This document shows, one piece after another, positions 10,951-22,058 of a DNA stretch of 64,000 nt. The notes under the pieces are model-generated. The model made no database searches, was not told where the DNA came from, and was given only the letters and a program-made list of their open reading frames with translations. Position numbers and translations under genes: made by a program. This stretch comes from the human T2T-CHM13v2.0 reference genome, Homo sapiens, in the NCBI RefSeq assembly GCF_009914755.1, contig NC_060935.1, one strand, 5' to 3'. Within the stretch, counting starts at the first letter, position 1. Each line of letters starts with the position of its first letter.

Positions 10951-13900
10951 AATTCTCTCTACAACTCAATGAGGAAAGTGTTTATTATTTTCATTTTATA
11001 GGTGAAAAATAGAAATTCAGTGAGGAAAATCAATTTGCTCCGGGGCACTCAACTAGTAAGTGTGGATTTACCATTGGAACTAGCCTCACTCTGATTCTAG
11101 AGCCTTTGCTATTTTCATGCTACTCCACTTATGGTCCTGGTAATGCTTCAATTGCATGGATCAGAGATTGGGATTCTGTTGGAACAAGTTGCAAGAACAA
11201 GACATACAATTTTTACAGCACTTTAAAAAGTTTCAAATACTTTCATACTTATTATGTTACTTGATCTTCACAACCATCTTGTAAAGTAGATAAATGTCAT
11301 TACTTCCACTCGAAATTGAATAAATTGAGACTCAGAGGTTAAATAAACATCCCTCGGTCATACCAGTAATAGATAGTGAATTTGAAGCTGGAATATTTGT
11401 TAAATGATCTTTGGTTCAGGGTCCTTTTCATCATGCAATGTAACCTCAGATCTTGACAAAATAGGTCCTAGCTAATCAAACATTTCACCTAAATAGAATT
11501 TTACCTTTCCTCTACTTGTGAGACAACACAATGAAGTTGTCTCATATTAAGGATTCATTAGAAAGAAATAACAGATATATGCTAGGATCAGCTTATACCC
11601 AAGTAAACTAAATCTCTGCCTCCTTCTAGGTCTTAATCTATAATGTGGGTGGTGGTTGTGGCAGCAGGAGGGTGAGCAGGGGAAAAGGAAGGGATAGCAA
11701 GAAGATGAGCGTTGGATAAGAGAACTTGGACATTCTGGGATCCTGAGATTCCCAACCTCCCTCCAAATTCACTCACAGTCCTGGACAGTAAGAAATACTT
11801 TCAAAGAGATCACTTCTGTAAGTAGTTCCTCCCAAGAAATACTCTAATGTTCTCTGGACTTACAAGTAGCAGAAAAGAGATCCAGACATTGTTCCGCACT
11901 TACCAACTACCAAGGTTGAAATAGAAGGGTTTTCTTTTTAACTCTGAGTAAAATGGAAAAGGACTTTAAAGAAATTTGCTGGGTATTAGAAATTCTGGTT
12001 AACTGAGATACGTTGGTCCCTATTGAACCATGATGTGGGGCAAGGGAAAGATGCAGAACAAGGAAACCAGGCATCTGTGGGGCCATGAGAAAAGCTCGGG
12101 AGTGGACTCAAAATACACAATGGCAGCCCTGCTATGGGTCAACTCTGGGACATTGGGCACATCACTTTGACTTATCTGAACTCCAGTTTCTGCCTTTATA
12201 GACTAGAGAGAGTAAAATAACCCTACAAATAGTTGTTTTGTAAACAAAATTAAATAGGATAACCAATGCAAAAGTGAATAGTGGGTATTCAAGAAATGTA
12301 TTCAATGTTTTTCAAATAAATAAGCCATTTTGTGGCTTGCTCTTGAGAAGTCAACTCTTAGCTGTTCTTTGTCAAAAAATCCACCTAGCATGGCATAAAA
12401 TGAGTTGAATTTTATTCAGTAATCCAACTGATTGTTCTCTTTTTTGCAAGCCTGTTTAGAGAATGAGGTCATTCTGCTGCCACCTCCCTGGTGGCATGGT
12501 GCCCAGCTGCTTTCTGTAGGCAATGGTGTGAAAAAAATTTTAATAGTCAGTCATGCCCTAGAGTGGGCATAGTTTATAATTTTCCATGACTTACTATGCT
12601 CAGCCTCAATTACTTTTGATTGAATATATATATATTTTTAAATCACCTCATTAATAGTGGTGCTTGTGATTTTGTCTTCTATTTCTAATAGAAATCTACC
12701 ATTTTTCATTCGGTGGTTTCCCAGCCAAGTGGGAAAAAGACAGCCAGGGTTAAATAGATCCACTGAAAATAGTTTATGGAGAATATGGGGCAGGAAAATG
12801 TTTTCCAAACTAATACCAGTAACAAAAAGGGTTACCCCTACATGATTCTATTTCTTTTTTCTTATTGCCTTACTATCACATATATCCATCTTAACCATTT
12901 TGGTTATCTTTCAGCCCATGAATTACTTAATCTGTGCAAAGCAGTGAGTCCAAGAAATGGAGAGAAAAGAGATAGAGTTAATGCATATGAAGTTCGTAAA
13001 ACTATGCCCAACACACGGAAATCATTGCATTAGTGTTCAGTCACAAGAATCACCACTTTGAATGTGAGTGGATAGGCTTTCTGCAAATTGAGATGCTGGA
13101 ATAGTTCATCTTCTCAACTTTCAACTTGCTATCTTTATGTTTCAACATTCACCACCTCTCCCTAACCTTAGTCAGGTTACGTATATGCTTCCCAGACCCT
13201 TCCCATAAAATCTTGCTCCCAGGAAAGACTCTGATGGTTTGATTTAGTGAGGTGTCAAGGATGAATATTGTTTGAGATGATCACTGGGTGGGGATGGGGC
13301 TACAGCCAGAGGATTCCCTTTAGAGGGCAAATTTAATTGGAGTTTCAAGCCTCGTTGTAGGAATTCACATCTAGGAAAGGCAGACATAGTTTGGGGGATA
13401 GATTAGGAGTTAGCCCATCAATTTTGTTGGCCTTCACAGATGTCAGGCAGCCCTATGGGCTGAGCAGTTCTCATGAGACCAGCAGGGAAGGAAGCAGCAC
13501 TAAACGACGTCAGCCATCAGTGCTATCCTTTACAGTGGCCTCGGTATGTGGTGCAACAATACATTCTTCTAGGCTTCAGCCAAATAAGATGCCTTCTTAG
13601 TGCCCACTAGATTCTGCCAGAGTCTCCCCATTTTCCTGGTAGAGTTTTAGAAACAAATATCAGCTATAATAAGTACTTGACCAGTCCATATGTCTATCTC
13701 CTGGGCTTTCTGGATTCTGCTGTCTGCCTTGATGAAACACAGAGATGCAGCAATCTCTATGCCATTGGTCCTCCAAATAACACCAATCCCAAGAAGCCAA
13801 CAGAATGAATCTGCTTTCCTGACAGCTCTCAGGCATAGGCCTGGCCATTTTGCAGGCTCAGTGTTCTTTGTTCCTATGCCAGCCCCTGTGCCAGTGGGTT

Positions 13901-15278
13901 CAAAGCCACAGCAAGTGTGGTCTGAGAAAAACTGGCCATTCTATCTGCAGAGTCTAGTTGGGAAGTGTGACCTGATTGGAAGGACACAGACTCCGGAGTT
14001 GGGAGAACAGAGTTTAGATCCTAGCTGCTCCTAGGATTTGGACAAGTCCTTTCATTACTATGGACCTCAGTTTTACTAATCTGTGACACAGAAATAGAAA
14101 TCTCTGCCCTGAATACACCCAAGGGTTGTTTTGAGCAGCAGATGAAATCCTGGCCTGAAGCTAAGATCAAGGGTGAACTGCCCCTTGGCCTAGGGCTTAA
14201 GTTTTCTGAAGGGGGTTGCAGAGAATCAGCTGACATTATCTGAAGCACAGCGAGGGGATTCATTGGACTGGCTGCCCTTCTCTCTGACGATCTGTGAACC
14301 TGGACAGCAAACCTTCCAGAGAAAGCCTACCCTGGTCCCAGGTGATATTCGCAAAAAAAATGGGACCCTTGGGCTAAGTAAAAGACCAGATTGTGGAGGG
14401 GAAATTGATAGAAATCATAACTGACAGGTCACAGATTTAAACATTTATTGACTCCAGCTAACTATGCATACTTATTCCAGTGCTACATACACTTACTTTG
14501 ATCTCACACACACACTCTCTCAAGATGTCACAAATGCTTGGCTGTTACACACACTCAGCCTGTTACACAAACACACCCATGCAGATGTTACACATAATTT
14601 CTCAGATGTCCCCCACACTTACTCAGGTGTCCCAGACACTCAATCATAGGGTAGGCCCACTGGTTCTGTTGGGCTTCATACTGTCTTAGGTATTATTTGG
14701 TTGCATGAGACTAAGCCCACTTAAAGCAGCTTAGGCCAAAAGGAGATTTGTTGGAAAAATTAAAGCTATGTCACAGAACTCTGGATGGGAGTCAGCAATA
14801 AGGGTGTGTGTGACTTTTTTCTCTCTCTTTTTCTGGAGAGGAATGAACTAGCACCCTGGTTTCTGCTTCTGCCTCTCTCTGAGTCTGTGGTTTATTTTGT
14901 TTCTCCTCTGGCCAATTTTTTTTCTCTGCTTGCATTCAGCTCATCATAGCTGTTCTTAAATGATAAACCAGGCTTTATTGGGCTTTGCTGTTCTTGTTTT
15001 TAATATCGTGATAAAGCCCATTTGTCTCTGCTCTCAGAGACTAGTCACAGGCTACCCAGTGGTCTTCCTTTTTAATTTCTAATGTTAATTTTCTGTGTTT
15101 TCCATCATAAGACAAAATTTTTTGTTATGGGAAATGACAAAAACAAAATATCAGCAAAAAGAAAAATAGGACTCATCATTACACCACTCAAAGTTAAATT
15201 ACTTTCTTCTCATCTTTGTTTCTCTGTGGTTATTTTTATAGCACTGGTCATATACTATAATTTAGAAATAACATTTTA

Positions 15279-15588
15279 GGCCAGGTGCAGTGGCTCAAGC
15301 CTGTAATCCCAGCACTTTGGAAGGCCAAGGTGGGCAGATCACAAGGTCAGGAGATCGAGACCATCCTGGCTAACATGGTGAAACCCCATCTCTACTAAAA
15401 ATACAAAAAAAAAAAAATTAGCCAGGCGTGGTGGCGGGCGCCTGTAGTCCCAGCTACTTGGGAGGCTGAGGCAGGAGAATGGCGTGAACCCGGGAGGCAG
15501 AGCTTTCAGTGAGCCGAGATTGCACCACTGCACTCTAGCCTGGGCAACAGAGCGAGACTCCGTCTCAAAAAAAAAAAAAAAAAAAAAA
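15279..15588 (+). mobile_element. AluY, full length
   Basis: Y-type GAGATCGAGACCATCCTGGCTAAC and GGCGTGAACCCGGGAGG; poly(A) tail; TSD ATAACATTTTA at 15268-15278 and 15592-15602. Confidence 0.97.
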
Positions 15589-15871
15589 GTGATAACATTT
15601 TAATATCTATTGCAGGAATATGGTTGAAGACATCTTCCTTTAAGCACATACTCTCAGGTGAGCCAATCAAGGCTCTGGTGCCTTGAGATGGGCCCTGGTT
15701 CATCTTTGCCTTAATGAAGAACAGAGGGAGTCTTCAGGCAGCTCAGGTGAATTGTGTTTGACTAGGTTGGGGGCCACTGCCTTAGGCATTTTCCCTAATG
15801 CTCACTGATGTACCTGCATGCCCAGGAATCCAATGGGCCTTCATCTCCACAATAGTTCTAATTTGAACCAT

Positions 15872-16028
15872 TCTAGGCTTCTTAACAAGGGGCGCATGTC
15901 CTGGACTTCAGTTTCTCAGGGACACTCTGTGATTGTTTGCCAAGTTTTGCATTTTGCATTTTTTTTTCTGGAAGAAAGAGTCCATAGCTAAAAAATATCC
16001 ATGATCTAGAAATTCAAGAACCCCTTGT
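15872..16028. mobile_element. hAT-Charlie fragment (Charlie4z-like)
   Basis: CTTCTTAAC...TTTTTTCTGGAAGAAAGAGTCCATAGCT...CAAGAACC. Confidence 0.5.
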
Positions 16029-16534
16029 TCACTGTCAATAGCAAAGGCTATCCTAGACTGCAGGGGTCTCTGCCCTCCTGGTTTCCAGCCAGCCCAGCCT
16101 TAGACAGGGAGAACAATCAGCAAAAGAAACCAGCTTATCCTTCTTCTTCTACTTTTTTTAACTTTTGTTTTCATTTTTGAGGTCTGATGCACATTATTCT
16201 AAACTGTTAAAAGGGGTGAGAACCTTCCCACACAGAAGAAAATGGAATTGGTATGCAAAGTAAGCCCAGTCTTGAATAATTAATTCTGATTTACATGTTC
16301 AGATGAGCCTGAGAGCTGCCCTGGCAGCCGGGAGGGAATTCATATGCAGGAAGGTGGAGGGTGGTGTGTCCAGAAGGGGAAATTTGGCTTCCCCAGGAAC
16401 CTTCACTGTCTTTCTCAAGTCAATTCTTTTGCTTTCTGGAGCTATAAAAGCCCTGGGAGATGGGGAATTGAGGCTTAAGAAGGGGTAATTGTCTTGCCCA
16501 AACTCACACAGCAAGTTAGTGACAGAAAATATCA

Positions 16535-16750
16535 CATAGTGATTAACAGCCAGGGATCAGGGATTTGGGGATCACCAGGATTTTAATCCTGTCACTTACC
16601 AGTTATGTGACCTTGGCAAGTTACTTAATCTCTCTAAGCCTCAGCTTCTTCATCTGTAAAATGGGAACAATCAATAATATCCACTTTACAGGGCTGCTGT
16701 AAACATTCAATTCAATGTGTACCATGCTTATAAGCATGGTAGAAATGGTT
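16535..16750 (+). mobile_element. MIR SINE
   Basis: CACTTACCAGTTATGTGACCTTGGCAAGTTACTTAATCTCTCTAAGCCTCAGCTTCTTCATCTGTAAAATGGG. Confidence 0.9.
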
Positions 16751-19267
16751 GATTGCTCTTGCTGTGGCTCTTATTATCAAAATCCTCCTCCTCCTTCTTC
16801 TCCTCCTTCTCATCTTTAACGATGGAACTATAATTAGAACCCAGATTTCTTTATCAGCACAACTTATGTTAATCAAAAGCAGTTTAGGGTCTTTGGTGAG
16901 CCTCAGTGCCTCCTCCCTGCTAATTATTCTCTGGTATTATTGCTAGGGAACAACAATACTACAAATAATAAATAATAACATATGCCAAATGGGCACTTCC
17001 TCCAAGGTACTTTGCTAAGCACTTTGCAAATCTTTAGGCCCCTGAAGGTGATAATTCACTAAGGTCCTGGACCACAATGTTGAGGATGGAGAGGAGGCAT
17101 GATCTAATGGGATGGGGCCCTGTCTGCGGGGTTTAAACAGAGAGGCTGTTGAGACTCAAGCCTGACCCAAGCATATGCCCTCCTCTCAGCTCTGCTGCAC
17201 CGAGGGCTGGTCAGATCCCTTCAGAGGTTGGCGCCAGTAGACTGCCCACAGTCTGCAGTTCTGAGACCCACTGAAGCTCACTGGGGAGAATGGAAGCCAC
17301 CGACAGACCCCAGGTGTACATCCTGAGGAGAAGCACATGTCCTCACTGCTTCCACTATCTGAATGAAAAGGGGATCCCATGGAGGAAGGACCCAGTGTTG
17401 ACCCAGTGAGTGGAAGCTGTAGAGAGGCAGATTTTAACAGTAGTTTAATTCTATAGAGCAAAAACTCTCTACAAAGTTAGAATTCATCATCGAGATAGAT
17501 TCCCAGCCACTAAGAAGTTTTTGTAGAGGTCCCTGGGAATGTTGTAAAGAGGGGCCCTTTAGAGAGGATGATGCTTGGGGCCCCTAGATCCCTGGAACTC
17601 TCAGGTTTCAAGTTTCCAGGCTGGTTGATGAGGCCTTTTTGCGTTCATAGAACCAGGTTTTCCACTCACACTGTTTGGGACTCAGGAGATGCCAGCCAGG
17701 GAGCTGGGTTGCCCAGTTAGTCCATGATAAGAGACAAGCAACTTCCAACTTCTTTTTTTGTACCATGACCCCAAATTAGAAGGACCTTCTGCAGATGTGA
17801 TAGGCTTAGCCCCTTTGGGATCCAGGGCTTTATTCTCAGAGGCAGCATAATATAGTGAAAAAACAAACAAACAAACAAAACAAAAACAAAACACTGAACT
17901 TGGAGGCAGACATTCTGCGTTAAATCCCAGTACTGCTCACAGTGTTTTTACTTTGGGCAACTTGCTAAACCTCTCTGAACCTTAGATCTTTTGGGAGATC
18001 ATGTTAGTTACCCAATGTAAAGAGTAGAGATAATACTTGCATGGTACCTGGCACAGCATAGGTGAATTCTATAATGTGTGTCAGCGTATGTACATTATAA
18101 AAGTATATAAACATGGGACAGTTGTGCAGGCTAGATGAGAGAACAAATGGCAAAGCCTAAATGTCACTTTCCTTTCCCCAAGCCCTGTTCGTGTGTTAAG
18201 GAGGCTGTGTCCTCTGATATGTCATTCTCAGTAGTCTAATATTGTTCCTCAAGCTTTACTTTCAGAAGCCCCTATTCTGCTGGTAGTGAGAGGGGAGGCT
18301 AAGCTGGGACTAGAATGTTGACAGAGGATTTGTATAAATGCAATGAGAAAACAGCCTCCCAAATGGATGGCAGCACCTGCTGACTGATGTTCAGGAAGAC
18401 TTTAAGCATCTGTTGTAAGATCTCCCACCTCTGGAACCCTGCATCTACTTGTTCTGGAAGAAGAATCAGAAAGCAGAAAGAGTGCAAACCAGAAAACGTG
18501 TCTCTGCCCCTTACTACTCTACCTCTCTCTGCTTTGATTTCCTCATCTGTAAAATGCGGCTAATAAATTCTACTGAGGATTTTGATGAGAATTCTACAAG
18601 ATGACTGTTGGACACATCTAGCCAATGCCTAGGTGGCACTCAATATTTGCTAGTGAATCTGCATCTGGAGAGTTGAACTCTCTGCATGGCCAAGGGCTAA
18701 CGCTATAAATATTAAGATTTTTTTTAAATAGTATTTTACTACAGATCTTTATATTCTTCTTCACTGGGGGAAAATGAGTATAATTTAACCTTTACTTGGT
18801 GACTTAGGTTGTCACTATTAACACCAGCCACTACTTAGTAAGGTCCTTGGGAAGGTGGGTAGGACTGTTTGCCTCTGTGATAAATGGCTCCAGAGCAAAC
18901 TTCTGCCTCATCACGGCTATTGCTGCATCTGCAAATAGTAGTTTTTCTCAATAAATTTAATTGACTGCCTCTCCTCTTCTTTAGGCTGGAAAAATAACAT
19001 CCAAGAATTTTGTGAGTAAAATGAGTTTCCAAATCCCTGAAGGGCTGCCCATGGTTAAAGCAGATGGGTTTGTGACAGCTCTTTTGGCTGGCATATCTCG
19101 ATTGCTTCCTTACTTGTACCTGGGTGCATTCTGGACAGAGATAGTATAAGTGATGACCTATTCTCCAACTGGAAAACAGACTGTGGAATCCTGCATTGCT
19201 CCTATATAGCTTGCCTAAGAAGCACAGAAGCACAGGGGCAGCCGAGGAGCAGCACTAACTCCCTTCT

Positions 19268-19347
19268 TTCCCTCCCTCCCTCCCTCCCTCCCTCCCTCCC
19301 TCCCTCCCTCCCTCCCTTCCTTCCTTCCTTCCTTCCTTCCTTCCTTC
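19268..19347. repeat. (CCCT)n(CCTT)n compound microsatellite in a polypyrimidine tract
   Basis: Read directly from the sequence. Confidence 0.95.
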
Positions 19348-20649
19348 GCTTCTATTTTTCTTCTTCTTTTTTTTTTTCTTTTTCTTTTTACCATACTATT
19401 GTGAGGGCTTACTCTTTTGTACACACAGTTGTGTGTGGTTGGGATACAATGAAGCTCAGAGATTAGTGTAGTTCAGTTGGCTTGCCTATATCTGACATTC
19501 TTACTTCTAGGAGAAGATTGTCTGTAAATCCCTGATTTAAAAACGCCCAAACCACTGAGCTCATGCTCAAAAATCAGAGAGTAAATCAATCTTCAATTAA
19601 CCTTTGGTACCTTCTATGCTTTTGTAAATGAGAGTTACAGACAATATAGTAGGTATATGAAAGCTTCACTTGCAAACTTGGGTTAGATTAGAAATAGGGG
19701 CAATGGACTGTTAGATCCAGAGTTGCTGGATTCCAAAAATTGTTTGGAATCCAGAGCATGCCAAAGACATATTCATTTGCTCTCCAATTGATCATTTAAA
19801 ATACAGTGTCTAGTTTTGAGATATTTCCTGCCAGAGAGTGTTGTGATTCCCAGACACTGAGGCCTGGGTATACAGAGGCTCATGCACACATGGATTGCTC
19901 AAAGCACACACATAGGCATTCACATGGCCCTGGACAAAATCTATCGACCTGCACACAGGTACACATATGCACACAAAGGCACCTAGGTGCCTCTTCTTCA
20001 CCTGACTTCTTTCCTTTGTCTGGCTAACTCTCCCTTATTTTCAGGTCCTAGCTTAAGTGCCTGTTCCTCTGAGAAGTCTTTTCTGATTTCTCTTGATTTA
20101 TATGTCCCTGCTATGTATGCCAAAAATACTCTCTCCTCTCCTGATCTTAGCACTTATCCTGTTTTACTGTGATTGGCTATTAAGTAACATATAGAAACCT
20201 CACAAGATCATAGCTCCCTGAGTAGAGATGCTTTAAAAGATTTCACAACGATTATAACTCCACATTGTGTAGTACATAATAGATGCTCAATAAACATTGT
20301 TGAGTGAATATAAGAAATGGTTACACTAACTCAAACCAACCCACAAAATCACTCTCATAAACACACCCACAAAGATATAAATGTATACACAAATATGATA
20401 TGTGCACAGAGAGATGAGCTTGTGCGCTGTTATACACACCCATAGATTCACAGGGACAAAGCAGGCACACACTCTACCAAGTACAGAGATGCTCACATTC
20501 ACATACAGGCCCATATAAGCTATTACACACATACCCACAAGCAAAATACACACGCACGCACCTCAAGGAAGAGATTTTCCTCTCACTTGTATTCATGACC
20601 TGTGTATGCAAATTGGATTTTCAGAATGTTCTAATCCTTTGTTGACATT

Positions 20650-21530
20650 TATTAAGACAAAACAGAGGTGGGCACACACAGCCTCTTGGCTGGGCAGATG
20701 CGTCTTTGCTGCAATGTAATGTCAGAAACTGTTGATGCAGAATTAATGCTCACTTTTACGAGTTTATCTTATGTCATAGAGTTGAAAAAAACCTCGGTGT
20801 AAATATTCATCATATGGCTTAATTGGTTTGATGTACCGTAGCAACAAGCACAGCGCCAGACGCTTGCTATGGAGGCCTCTGCGTTGTTTCAAAGTCTTTA
20901 TTATTATGACAGCAAAGTCTTGTTCATTAAAGTTTCACAATCCATTTTCATTAGGTTGAAGCTGAGTCTGTAAATGAACAGTTGCTCTGAAAAATCAAGC
21001 CCTCACAGTTCTCGCTGGGGAGGCAGCGCGTCTGTATTAATTATCAGGACGCTGGTGTCGATCGACGATGTTAATTGCACTGATGGCTCGTTATTTGGGG
21101 AATTGCCATGCATTTCATGCAGGGATAATAAAAATGAATTTTTAAACAAAGAGACTTAAAATAATATCGAATCTGCAGAGAATACCAACATCAAAGGCGT
21201 ATCTCAAAGCTTTGAATTTTATCTTTGTGGTCCAAAATGTTAAAGAGGCGCCCGCAACGCAGTTGGTTCAAGTTTGCAGTGAAGGAAAACAAAACAAGAG
21301 TTAATTAACTGTTATTACAAACCTTTTCAACTTTAATTTGACTTTCAAATATTAGCATTTATCTATGAACTGTGCTTCTGGGTTTGACAAATTAGTTTTC
21401 ACAGAACAAGTTTAATTAGGCGTCATTGTGCTTTTATGTCAGTTTTCAGAGCTCCAGACAATGAATGGATTAACTTATTAAAAGTCATCTGTTTAAAAGA
21501 CTTTGTCGAATGGCAAATGGGTGGGCAAAG
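20650..21530. promoter_or_regulatory. Candidate conserved non-coding element / developmental enhancer
   Basis: About 880 bp with no recognisable repeat; AT-rich yet about 22 CpGs counted; many TAAT/TAATTA cores; TCF/LEF site ACATCAAAGG at 21188-21197; RFX-like motifs. Conservation is inferred, not measured. Confidence 0.7.
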
Positions 21531-21845
21531 TTGCTTGGCTTTGCAAGGAGATGGGGAAAATGATATTGCTGGTTGGGTGTCAGGGGGGTTGTAGATCAGA
21601 TGAAGAGGGGATTGGCCTTCCTACCAGCTGAAGCCTGCTTCTGGGGCACCTCCACTTTCTTGCTCTCTCAGGTGGTGAGAGACCTGTGGTCACTATGCCA
21701 ACACAGTGCCTAGGAAAACTGAGCCGAGGAAGGCACCGTGTCTATTGTGGAGGAAGGAAATGGCAATGGCAATGGAGAGAGTTGTAGGGTCTGTTTGCAT
21801 GGCAATCTGTGCTTGACCGTGTGTTATATTCCATGATTCTCTAGT

Positions 21846-22058
21846 TCAGAGTTCAGCAAACTTTTTCTGTAAAGGACCAGACAGTCTGTCACAGCCACTC
21901 TACTCTGACATTGTAATATGAAAGCAGCCATAGCTAAAAAACAAAAAAACAAAAAACAAACAAAAAAAACAAACAAAACATCAGGTGTGCTCCAATAAAA
22001 TTTTATTTACAGAAAGAGGAGGAGGTGGCCCAGGGGTCATAGTTTGCTGACTCCTGCT
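21846..22058 (-). mobile_element. MER58A with internal A/C-rich repeat expansion
   Basis: CAGAGTTCAGCAAACTTTTTCTGTAAAGG...CCAATAAAATTTTATTTAC...TAGTTTGCTGACTCCTG. Confidence 0.85.

Noticed and set aside
17190-17405. Possible exon (CTCCTCTCAG acceptor to CCA/GTGAGT donor)
   Set aside because: Stops in the two frames I translated, no + strand ORF in the track and no transcript evidence; a lncRNA exon can be neither supported nor excluded.
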